This document shows positions 48,831-56,690 of a stretch of 64,000 nucleotides of DNA, piece by piece; position 1 is the first letter of the stretch; each line of letters starts with the position of its first letter. The position numbers and the translations under genes were made by a program. Origin of the DNA: an uncultured virus (IMG/VR IMGVR_UViG_3300044641_008909) (taxonomy: Duplodnaviria; Heunggongvirae; Uroviricota; Caudoviricetes); the IMG/VR virus record IMGVR_UViG_3300044641_008909; one strand, 5' to 3'. A model generated the notes under the pieces. The model saw only the letters and a program-made list of their open reading frames with translations, was not told the origin of the DNA and ran no database searches.

Positions 48831-49017
48831 AAGCAGAAGAGAAATGGCTCAAGCATTTTCTAAAAGGTATGAAAATATACCATTGTCATTTATAATGAGA
48901 ACTTTAGATAATATTGATTCATATGGAAAATGCTTTGATATATTTGAAGATTACGATAAGACATCTTCTAAAGTTTTTAATCATGAAACTAAAAGTTGGT
49001 TAAGCAGAATTATTTGA
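48817..49017 (+). CDS. hypothetical protein
   Basis: ATG at 48817 with a G-rich SD. Confidence 0.6.
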   Translation: MQKAKSRREMAQAFSKRYENIPLSFIMRTLDNIDSYGKCFDIFEDYDKTSSKVFNHETKSWLSRII

Positions 49018-49094
49018 AATGCATAATCATGCATAAATATATTGCAAAATGGAATATTAATAATTTCGGAAAAATCCTATTAAGAGGTGATAAA

Positions 49095-49397
49095 ATGACA
49101 GTAGAAACCGATACAACAGTAAATTCTCCAACAACTGTAGAAGACCGTTCTTACCATCGTATTTTTAGTCTTGTTGGATTTATTTATGGATTGCTTAGAA
49201 GCGTTGGTATTTTCTTATTTGGCATATTTTTGGGATTAGGCATTGTTCTTAGAGATCCTCCTAAAGATAAGCAAAGTTTAGAAATGATTTCTAAATTGCA
49301 ACAGGAAAACGAATCATTAAAACTATCTTTGAAACAAGATGATTCTAAAAAACCAATATTTGGCGAAATAAAAAACAGCGTTGTCATAGGCAAGTAA
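49095..49397 (+). CDS. membrane protein
   Basis: SD GAGGTG; hydrophobic segment followed by coiled coil. Confidence 0.65.
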   Translation: MTVETDTTVNSPTTVEDRSYHRIFSLVGFIYGLLRSVGIFLFGIFLGLGIVLRDPPKDKQSLEMISKLQQENESLKLSLKQDDSKKPIFGEIKNSVVIGK

Positions 49398-49439
49398 AAC
49401 TGTTTTTCCACGCTATATTAATTTAAGCGAGGATTAAAA

Positions 49440-49655
49440 ATGGCTGATAAAGATTATTTTAAAATGGTTCAAAACTTTGAACAAGCTAGTGCTATGATGG
49501 AACCATTTGCCAATTTTATTGGTGTTTATTTTAAGAATCTTATTGATAATGGTTTTGCCAGAGAAGAAGCTCTACAATTAGTACAAAATTTTCAAATTTT
49601 GATTTTCAACAAAGCATTTGATAGTGTTGGGGATTCTCTTACAGAAGAAGAGTGA
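49440..49655 (+). CDS. hypothetical protein
   Basis: 'Y...L...GF.REEALQLV' motif; SD GAGG. Confidence 0.7.
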   Translation: MADKDYFKMVQNFEQASAMMEPFANFIGVYFKNLIDNGFAREEALQLVQNFQILIFNKAFDSVGDSLTEEE

Positions 49656-49669
49656 TACGGGAGCTAGTC

Positions 49670-49924
49670 ATGAATTTCTTAAGCATTAACAATTCTAAGC
49701 ACCAGAGAGGACAATCATTTTGCGATGAATGCCTTAATGGTTATCCAAGAAGATGTCGTTGTGGCGGTTATATTCATGCTGAACACATAGGACAGAATCT
49801 TCCGTCTAAATATCTGTGTGATAAATGTGGAGATAAGTTCGTGAAGAACACACCTCCTCCTCAACATTATAAACCATTAGTGAAAAACAAGAAACCTAAA
49901 TCAGGCGCAAAATATGGCAAGTAA
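49670..49924 (+). CDS. zinc-finger protein
   Basis: CDEC, C.CGG..H, CDKC. Confidence 0.7.
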   Translation: MNFLSINNSKHQRGQSFCDECLNGYPRRCRCGGYIHAEHIGQNLPSKYLCDKCGDKFVKNTPPPQHYKPLVKNKKPKSGAKYGK

Positions 49925-50501
49925 ATCTTCGCTTTATACAGGTTATGGCGATAAAGGGGTTACTTATACAAAAAATAACCCCAAAACGCCAAAACAAGAT
50001 AAACTGATCTGTCTGATTGGTGAAATAGATGATTTGAATAGCCATCTCGGATACTTAGTTTATTTGCTGGAAAAGAAAAGTTATCAAGAAAGTTTCGTGA
50101 ATTTTCAAATGAGAATTCAGTCTATTTTATTTCATATTGGTGCTTTTTTGGGTTACAGCACACCAATAAAAAAGGAAAATTTAGAAAAAGCAATTGCAAC
50201 AATTGAATATCAAGTTGATGTTCAAGAACAAGAAAATGAAAAAATAAATAATTTTATTTTGCCTTATGGAACACAAGCTGCTTCTTTTGCTCACATTTGT
50301 CGCTCTAAAACAAGAGGTTTAGAGAGATTGTTTTGTGATTATCTGACAACACAAAAAACTGATCAAGAAATCAATACTTTGATTCAAGTTTTTATTAATC
50401 GTCTCAGTGATTATTTTTTCAGTTTGGCTCGTACCATCAATCGCATCAATGGTAAAAAAGAATTTATCTGGAGAGCGGATTCAATTGAATACGATTTTTA
50501 A
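49914..50501 (+). CDS. PduO-type ATP:cob(I)alamin adenosyltransferase
   Basis: 'YT..GDKG.T', 'G.IDDLNS.LG', 'Q..LF.IG', 'FILP.G', 'R...R..ER', 'NRLSDYFF.LAR'. Confidence 0.88.
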   Translation: MASKSSLYTGYGDKGVTYTKNNPKTPKQDKLICLIGEIDDLNSHLGYLVYLLEKKSYQESFVNFQMRIQSILFHIGAFLGYSTPIKKENLEKAIATIEYQVDVQEQENEKINNFILPYGTQAASFAHICRSKTRGLERLFCDYLTTQKTDQEINTLIQVFINRLSDYFFSLARTINRINGKKEFIWRADSIEYDF

Positions 50502-50535
50502 AATCAAAAGAAAAAGCTGCTCCATAAATAAATCG

Positions 50536-51162
50536 ATGGACCAAAAATTGACAAAACCAGTTCTTGTCCTCAATAAGAGCTGGGTTGCTGTTGGGACAAC
50601 TCCTCTTTACAAGGCGTTCAGCCTTGTATTCAATAACGATAATAACAAAAATAAAGCAGAAATTATTGATATTGATTGCTCCCCATATACTTGGGATCAA
50701 TGGAGTGTTTTGAAACCACAGGAAAATGAAGAAACAATCAGTACTGTAAATTATTCTTTTAGAATACCACAGGTAATAAAACTTAACTCTTATGACAAGA
50801 TCCCAAGGCAAAGAGTTATCTTTTGCCGTAGCAATCTTTATAAAAGAGATAATTATCAGTGTCAGTATTGTGCTATAAAACCGGGAACAGAAGAATTAAC
50901 GATTGATCATGTGCTTCCTAGATGCCAAGGCGGTATGACAACTTGGGAAAATTGCGTCATATGTTGTCCAGAGTGTAACAAAATTAAAGGTGGCAGATTG
51001 CCACATGAAGTTAAACATAAGAAGTTTCCTAGCGGTATGAAACTTCTTAAAGAACCTGTAATGCCAAAATATCGTGAAATAAAGATGCAAACCTTTTATC
51101 CTAGCTGGAAACAATGGCTTGACACAACTTATTGGAACATTGAGCTAGAAAATGACAACTGA
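50536..51162 (+). CDS. HNH endonuclease
   Basis: 'VLVLN.SW', 'RDNYQCQYC', 'TIDHVLPR.QGG.TTWEN.V.CC..CN..K'. Confidence 0.92.
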   Translation: MDQKLTKPVLVLNKSWVAVGTTPLYKAFSLVFNNDNNKNKAEIIDIDCSPYTWDQWSVLKPQENEETISTVNYSFRIPQVIKLNSYDKIPRQRVIFCRSNLYKRDNYQCQYCAIKPGTEELTIDHVLPRCQGGMTTWENCVICCPECNKIKGGRLPHEVKHKKFPSGMKLLKEPVMPKYREIKMQTFYPSWKQWLDTTYWNIELENDN

Positions 51163-51907
51163 AAAAAACATTTCAAGACCAACAGTTATCATTTCTAATG
51201 AAAAATCTAAATTACTAGATCTCATAATACCTTTTCATGCATGTTATGAAAATGTAGCAAACTTAATTGAAAATATATTCAGATATTCTCCCAGCATCGT
51301 TAATAAGGTAATTCTTGTTGATGATGACTCACCTAATAAAGATTTTGTAAAAATTTATGAAAATAATAAAAGAATCAAAATTGTTAAAAATGAAAAAAAT
51401 ATTGGATTCGGCGCAAGTGTTAACAAAGGTGTTTCAGCATCTGAAAGAGCAACTGTGGCTGTGCTTCATAGTGATGTTTTGTTTGAAGATAGAAATTCTT
51501 TAACAAATTTGTATAACGACTTTATTCTTCTTAGAAATCAGTCAGTAGCTTTTATTTCTGCTGTTAGCAATAATCCTCAAATAAATGAAAATATACTTAA
51601 GAAAAATAAAGTTACTGATGATCCACCAGAAATTGTTTCAAATAATTTTCTTCCAATGTATTGTTGTATTTTTGATTTATCTGCATGGAGAAATGTTAAT
51701 GGTATTCCAGAATTTCCTTTTGCATGGTTTGAAGATGAAGGATTTTGCTATAAATTAAATAAGATCGGATATAAGATTGCATACTCAAATAGAAGCTATG
51801 TTAAACACATCGGATCTCAGACAATAAAATATTTAGTTAATAAAAATAGGAAAAATTTAGATGTAATGAAGTCAAATATAAATTTATTAAATAAAATTAA
51901 AAAGTAG
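51152..51907 (+). CDS. family 2 glycosyltransferase
   Basis: 'VILVDD.S', 'N.GFG..VN.G', 'HSD', 'WFED'. Confidence 0.85.
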   Translation: MTTEKNISRPTVIISNEKSKLLDLIIPFHACYENVANLIENIFRYSPSIVNKVILVDDDSPNKDFVKIYENNKRIKIVKNEKNIGFGASVNKGVSASERATVAVLHSDVLFEDRNSLTNLYNDFILLRNQSVAFISAVSNNPQINENILKKNKVTDDPPEIVSNNFLPMYCCIFDLSAWRNVNGIPEFPFAWFEDEGFCYKLNKIGYKIAYSNRSYVKHIGSQTIKYLVNKNRKNLDVMKSNINLLNKIKK

Positions 51908-51934
51908 ATCCTAAATATATTAAAAGGAGGATCT

Positions 51935-52117
51935 ATGGACAATTCCGTATTTACAAATTCGATTAGCTGTATTAATAGCTTAGGGGCAACAGTTACTGTA
52001 ACTATCAGAGCTTTCCCACCAAGCTGCCCAAAAATTAATTATAATAATCAGTGCAGCACAACCAACAGTGCATGGTTGCCAGCTATTACTGTCTGTCGCC
52101 AATCTCTTTTTGCTTGA
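51935..52117 (+). CDS. small Cys/Ser/Thr-rich protein
   Basis: TAAATA and AGGAGG upstream; 60 aa. Confidence 0.6.
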   Translation: MDNSVFTNSISCINSLGATVTVTIRAFPPSCPKINYNNQCSTTNSAWLPAITVCRQSLFA

Positions 52118-52958
52118 TTTTCAATAATTTTCTTTTGGTTCTTGCAGGAGTTTCAATAACCTTGCAAGAACCGTCTTTATTTAAATTCTTTTGCTTTTGT
52201 TTTACGAATGTTGTGCTGTCTTTTTTATCATAGCTACTAATATTGTTGTTGCCACCTGATGTAAATTTTTGAACATTATATTGAGCATAAAATCTAGCAG
52301 CTTTTTGAGCATTAACATCCCCAGCATTAATCATTTGCTCAGTCATAGTCCAATCTGATGTAAATGACTGTCTATGAACAGGAACTAATTGTGCAATTGG
52401 AGTTTTATCACTAGGCTTAAATCTAATTGGTTTAAATTTTTGTGTGAATACAAGGTTCATCCATATGTCATACTGCATCCAGTCTGTTTCAAGCATACCT
52501 TCCATGATGTAGTAATGTTGCCGTTCAGGAAAGTTTATAGGTGATCTAATTTGCAAACACCAATTTGGATTAGTTTTAAATATGCATCCTGTGTAAACCT
52601 GAACGACCCCTGCTTCAACCAATCCATATGTAAATTTTGATCTTCCCGTTCCAGTACTGCACCATTTTTCCATCTTAGCCAATTCTGGTGCTCTTAAAAT
52701 GCTAGAAATTATTCCGTAATCTGAATCGTCATATTCTTCATAATTTTTATAAGTAAAATCTTTACCTCCATGCCAAGTGATCTCAAAGTCTATAGGAGGA
52801 TATATCCAGAAACCCATTTGGTTGGCAATCTTGTATGGCATACACCACTTGATGCCATTCTGGTCGGCACTTTCATTGAGAGTTTTTTCTGCTCTTGCGA
52901 TTCTACAGGCTTGTGGATGAGTTTTAAAAACTTCAAGATTTAACTGTTCTTCTCGCAT
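52086..52958 (-). CDS. DUF6065-like protein
   Basis: 'C.P...AN..G.W', 'W.GG', 'G.IF.T', 'P.N', 'G.LETDW', 'PIAQ..P'. Confidence 0.65.
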   Translation of the reverse strand: MREEQLNLEVFKTHPQACRIARAEKTLNESADQNGIKWCMPYKIANQMGFWIYPPIDFEITWHGGKDFTYKNYEEYDDSDYGIISSILRAPELAKMEKWCSTGTGRSKFTYGLVEAGVVQVYTGCIFKTNPNWCLQIRSPINFPERQHYYIMEGMLETDWMQYDIWMNLVFTQKFKPIRFKPSDKTPIAQLVPVHRQSFTSDWTMTEQMINAGDVNAQKAARFYAQYNVQKFTSGGNNNISSYDKKDSTTFVKQKQKNLNKDGSCKVIETPARTKRKLLKIKQKEIGDRQ

Positions 52959-53003
52959 TTCCTTGCCCTCTTAATAATTTAAAAGAGTAAAGCAAAACAA
53001 CCC

Positions 53004-53032
53004 TTGACCTAGTTGGTGAAATTGTCTAAGCT
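53004..53032 (+). promoter_or_regulatory. sigma70-type promoter, leaderless for the ParB-like gene
   Basis: TTGACC-17 nt-TAAGCT-6 nt-ATG. Confidence 0.65.
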
Positions 53033-53038
53033 TGTTTC

Positions 53039-54358
53039 ATGTGGGAAGAGAATCCCATGTTAACGCCAAGGAAGTTACACATGAAAGCAGTTGATGTTGA
53101 AGCCGGTCTGTATCGTGTTGCTTTTGCTGATATTAAACCAGCTAAAGATTTTGATGAGTTTGAGTTTTCTTTCTTCAATCCTAGAATTCTCGATAACAAT
53201 AAAAAAGAAATGTACGGATTTTCTAAGGAAGAAATCGATAGTCTTAAAGAATCTATCAGAAGCAAAGGATTGATGGAAAATCTTAACATCAATGCCAATA
53301 ACGGAGAATGTGGTCTTCTTGATGGTCATCGCCGACACGAAGCTATTTCTCAGTTAATCAGTGAAAACGCTCCTTGCTTTGACAATCATACCAACCAGTG
53401 GGTGGCAGCTAAAGATCTTTACAAAGAAGTTATTGTAAAGGTTTTTAATAACCTTTCACCAGCTGATTGTTTCAGCAGGGCTTTTGATAGTGATAGCAAT
53501 AAAGTTTCTTTTGGTGAAAATGCTAGCATCCGATTTGTTGATTATTGCATCAACTTTAGGATGACAGAAAAGAAAATTGTCGAGATGTGTGGTAAAACCA
53601 TTTCTTGGTTGCGCTATATTAGCAAACTGTTGTCCAAAGTTAACAAAGATCCTGTTATCAAGGATGCTTTGCTAAACGGTAGTATTAATGCCACTGCTGC
53701 TGATTCTTTAATGGACATTGAAGAAGAGCAAGAACGCCACAATGTTTACAAGGCAGCTTTGGAAAAAGCAGAAGAAGATTTTGAAGAAAAAGTAAAAAAG
53801 ACTAATCTTGCTATTAAAAACACCAACAGAAAGATAGAGATTGCTAAAAAGAAGAAAGAAGAAGCAGAAGAATTTGGTGATATTGGAGATATTACTGATG
53901 CTGATGCTTTGCTTGAAAAGCATTCCACCACCTTGGAAATAAAGAAACGGGAGAAGAATGAAATTTCTCCAAAAATTAATACCAAAAACATTGAACAAGC
54001 TCTTGATGAAGTTGGTCTTGACATCGAATCTGATGAAGAATCAGATGATGAATCTCCAAAAGCTACCAAGAAGCCAAAGATGTCTATCAAAAGCATCAAA
54101 GATGCTTGGATGAAAGAGATTGAATCTTCTATCAACCGTGGACATATGACAGAAGAACAAGAATCAATTCCACCGATTCTCAACAATTGCTTTATCGATA
54201 TGATTAAGGCAATGTTTGATGAGAAAATCAGCTATCAAGATTTCATTTATCGCTGGACAGATAAAATGATTGATGCTGGTCTTAATTTGAATGCTGGATT
54301 CACTCAGACAAAGTCTGAACCAGAAGATGAAGATGATGATGAAACTGGCGATCTATAA
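53039..54358 (+). CDS. ParB/Srx N-domain protein with HTH and coiled coil
   Basis: 'NPR', 'L.ESI...GL', 'LDGHRR..A', HTH-like 'EKKIVEMCGKTISWL'. Confidence 0.8.
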   Translation: MWEENPMLTPRKLHMKAVDVEAGLYRVAFADIKPAKDFDEFEFSFFNPRILDNNKKEMYGFSKEEIDSLKESIRSKGLMENLNINANNGECGLLDGHRRHEAISQLISENAPCFDNHTNQWVAAKDLYKEVIVKVFNNLSPADCFSRAFDSDSNKVSFGENASIRFVDYCINFRMTEKKIVEMCGKTISWLRYISKLLSKVNKDPVIKDALLNGSINATAADSLMDIEEEQERHNVYKAALEKAEEDFEEKVKKTNLAIKNTNRKIEIAKKKKEEAEEFGDIGDITDADALLEKHSTTLEIKKREKNEISPKINTKNIEQALDEVGLDIESDEESDDESPKATKKPKMSIKSIKDAWMKEIESSINRGHMTEEQESIPPILNNCFIDMIKAMFDEKISYQDFIYRWTDKMIDAGLNLNAGFTQTKSEPEDEDDDETGDL

Positions 54359-54380
54359 CATTTTGATTTAGTTAAAATAT

Positions 54381-54411
54381 AAAACCCACAACAAAAGTTG
54401 TGGGTTTTTTT
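54381..54411 (+). terminator. intrinsic terminator
   Basis: AAAACCCACAAC-AAAA-GTTGTGGGTTTTTTT. Confidence 0.85.
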
Positions 54412-54434
54412 ATATACCTGATTAAATATGATAG

Positions 54435-54740
54435 ATGAAAATATCTTCTTGCCCATTTTGCGGAAAACCATTCCCTCAAATTTTGCACGATGGAATTATT
54501 TTTTGTGATAAATGCAATCACATGGTTGAAAGCTCACTTAGAAACAAATTGTTAAGCGTATTCAGATCAGTAGAAAAATATAATGGTGTAAGTCTTAGTC
54601 AGATAAAGTATGAAGCAGAACTTGATGATCAATCATGGCAATTGATCATCAAGTCCTATGAGGATTGTTTATCATGGCAGGAATTTCAGGAATTACTAAA
54701 TAAAATGTCACTGTCATCTTCTTCTTCAAGCTTGTCTTGA
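54435..54740 (+). CDS. zinc-ribbon protein
   Basis: CPFC...CDKC; TAAATA-6 nt-ATG. Confidence 0.7.
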   Translation: MKISSCPFCGKPFPQILHDGIIFCDKCNHMVESSLRNKLLSVFRSVEKYNGVSLSQIKYEAELDDQSWQLIIKSYEDCLSWQEFQELLNKMSLSSSSSSLS

Positions 54741-54913
54741 CGACCAAGAAGTTCTTCTCTTGCGATCACATAGTCTTTGTCAGCATCGATACCGATTTTT
54801 ACTCTTCCGTTCTTACCATAACCTTGAATTCCACAGATTGTTAAGGCAATGTCTTTGCCTTCTGGGGTTTTGATGTAAACTTTTTCGTATAACTTGCGTG
54901 TAAGTACTAACAT
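54686..54913 (-). CDS. csrA: carbon storage regulator CsrA
   Basis: 'MLVLTRK..E...I', 'VKIGIDA......I.REEL'; SD AAGGAGG before the ATG at 54913. Confidence 0.88.
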   Translation of the reverse strand: MLVLTRKLYEKVYIKTPEGKDIALTICGIQGYGKNGRVKIGIDADKDYVIAREELLGRQDKLEEEDDSDILFSNS

Positions 54914-54995
54914 GAAGCCTCCTTGTATGTTTATACAAATTAAATGAGTAACGGTAACTAACTTAATTTGGATTTTCTCCTCAAGGACGCAATAA

Positions 54996-55448
54996 ATGTA
55001 CAATCTAAAGACAATAACAAAAAAAGTTCCTTTATTTGTTTACGGAACATTGAAAAAGGGTGAAAGAGCTTACAATAGACTTGAAGGGTCAAAGCTCATA
55101 GCCATGGCTGAACTTCAACCAGAATATAAATTACTTAATTGTGGAAGATATCCAGCACTAGTAAAAGCCAAGAATGGTACGAATGCTATTTCTGGCGAAA
55201 TTTATGAAGTTGCTAAAGATGTTCTTGAAAATTTACACAATTATGAAGGTGTAAGTTCTGGTTTGTTTTATTTTGATTATTTGTCTTTAGGCGAAATTGA
55301 AATTGTTAATCAACCAGAAGACAATTTAACCAAAATGATGCTCAACAGAAGTCTTGCTTTTGGTTATCTTTATGTTAATCAAAATGAAAATTTACCAGAA
55401 ATAGAACACTGGTCTACTGATTTTCTCTTTTCTCTAGCCATTCGTTGA
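54996..55448 (+). CDS. gamma-glutamylcyclotransferase (AIG2-like)
   Basis: 'LFVYGTLK.G', 'YPAL', 'GE.YEV', 'L..YEG'. Confidence 0.88.
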   Translation: MYNLKTITKKVPLFVYGTLKKGERAYNRLEGSKLIAMAELQPEYKLLNCGRYPALVKAKNGTNAISGEIYEVAKDVLENLHNYEGVSSGLFYFDYLSLGEIEIVNQPEDNLTKMMLNRSLAFGYLYVNQNENLPEIEHWSTDFLFSLAIR

Positions 55449-56349
55449 AACTTGGCATGTTGTGTTCTTTCAACATATATTTTTTCTTGCTTTTGCGCCA
55501 TGTGCCGCCATGTTTCTTATAGTCTTTTGCTGCCCATGCATTTGCATAAGCTGAATTTCCTGTAACACATGGTTGATCATTAATATTGGTCACCCATGTG
55601 CCTAATGATGTTTCTGGACACCAAACCATTTCATTACCAGATGGATGTATTTCAAAATTGCTTAGTAAAGGCATTCCTTCATCAACAAACAATTTGGTAT
55701 AGGATTGAAATCCCATTGTAGATTCAAGCAATAATTGATCGTTCTGTTCAATAACCCATTTATGATCAAGGGTAGATGTGCAGAAATAATGTCCATCAGT
55801 GTAAATTTCATGCACAGGAGCATTTTTATGGATGTGTATGTTTTCTATTTTAACAAATTTCCTTATTCTTTCATTAAGATCAAATGCAGCAATCTCATCT
55901 CCAACTTTTAATTCATTAACGTATTTCCACCCATCCTTAGTTAAAGCTGGATAAGATACAGGCAAACATGGATACACATCAAATTTTCTTTTAGCTTTAG
56001 CTTTTGATTGTGCCCACAACTTGGGATTATTTGGCAAGTTTTTGCCTTCACTAAGATTTTCGTGAGATACCATAACTGGTTTTCTCCCTTTGTGATGAGG
56101 GTTTTTCTTTTCTGCTCTGCGTTTTTGGGCAGTAGCCTTTTCTTTAAGCTCAGGACTCATTGCAGCGGCTTTTTTTGCTGGACGGCACTTGGGGTAGGCT
56201 TTCTTCTGATCGCCCTTTCTAGACCCCTTTTTGGAGCTTGCACCACATGGTGGATGTTTGCCTGATTTGTCTTTGCGAGAAATGTCTACCCATTTCTCGT
56301 CAAACCATTTACCAAGACCTGAGTTTTTGTATGTTTCGTTAATATCCAT
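55414..56349 (-). CDS. DUF5872-like basic protein interrupted by a mini-intein
   Basis: 'GL.KWF.EKWVD...CG...YPKCRP' and 'KFDVYP|SAYANAW..K.YK..GG.W' modules with a Hint insert. Confidence 0.8.
   Translation of the reverse strand: MDINETYKNSGLGKWFDEKWVDISRKDKSGKHPPCGASSKKGSRKGDQKKAYPKCRPAKKAAAMSPELKEKATAQKRRAEKKNPHHKGRKPVMVSHENLSEGKNLPNNPKLWAQSKAKAKRKFDVYPCLPVSYPALTKDGWKYVNELKVGDEIAAFDLNERIRKFVKIENIHIHKNAPVHEIYTDGHYFCTSTLDHKWVIEQNDQLLLESTMGFQSYTKLFVDEGMPLLSNFEIHPSGNEMVWCPETSLGTWVTNINDQPCVTGNSAYANAWAAKDYKKHGGTWRKSKKKYMLKEHNMPSFNEWLEKRENQ
55555..55968 (-). mobile_element. mini-intein (138 aa, no homing endonuclease)
   Basis: Starts 'CLP....LT..GW.....L.VGD', block B 'TLDHKW', ends 'VWCPET..G......VTGN' followed by Ser. 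Confidence 0.9.
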
Positions 56350-56392
56350 GATAACATTATATATTTACCTGCAAAAAAATATTAATGACCTG

Positions 56393-56400
56393 TATAAATA
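56393..56400 (+). promoter_or_regulatory. T4-late-type promoter TATAAATA
   Basis: Exact T4 late consensus in an intergenic region; TAAATA cores recur before putative virion genes. Confidence 0.6.
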
Positions 56401-56404
56401 TAAT

Positions 56405-56530
56405 TGGTTTCACATAGTGGTGGGCGTTTTTGCTGTTTCCTGCTCCGGTATGTGATTAAGGATTGTTCTGAAGATTAACAGCGTCAAGACATCCCCTGAA
56501 AACCGTAACAATTTGTTACGGTTTTATTTT
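56405..56530 (+). ncRNA. candidate structured small RNA (two hairpins with complementary loops, then a terminator)
   Basis: TCACATA/TATGTGA and GGATTGTTCTGA/TCAAGACATCC stems; loops TGCTGTT and AACAGCG are complementary. Confidence 0.45.
56499..56530 (+). terminator. intrinsic (possibly bidirectional) terminator
   Basis: AAAACCGTAACA-ATT-TGTTACGGTTTT. Confidence 0.8.
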
Positions 56531-56540
56531 GGATAAAGTT

Positions 56541-56690
56541 ATGAAAGATTTTTTAGTTATTTGGCGAAGAGCCTTGGACTTAAATGAGAATGATCACTGC
56601 TTAACAGTGATCATTCGTACATTCTTTTGGGTGATAAATATAATTACATGTGGTTTTATTATGGCTAATTGTACAAGACATTGGAATTAA
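56541..56690 (+). CDS. small phage membrane protein (49 aa, not in ORF track)
   Basis: MKDFLVIWRRAL...IRT.......T..FI.A...RHW, a pattern recalled from small myophage proteins. Confidence 0.65.
   Translation: MKDFLVIWRRALDLNENDHCLTVIIRTFFWVINIITCGFIMANCTRHWN

Noticed and set aside
50536..51162. HNH gene as an intron-encoded or mobile homing element
   Set aside because: It is free-standing, its neighbours are intact, and it resembles the stand-alone bacterial HNH type.
56468..56530. Hammerhead ribozyme (CTGAAGA...GAAA plus a stem)
   Set aside because: The core words are present, but stem II has no closing pair and stem I cannot form.
56588..56616. 12-bp hairpin GAATGATCACTG/CAGTGATCATTC as a separate ncRNA
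   Set aside because: It lies inside a credible 49-aa ORF and has no T tail; at most it ends convergent transcription.
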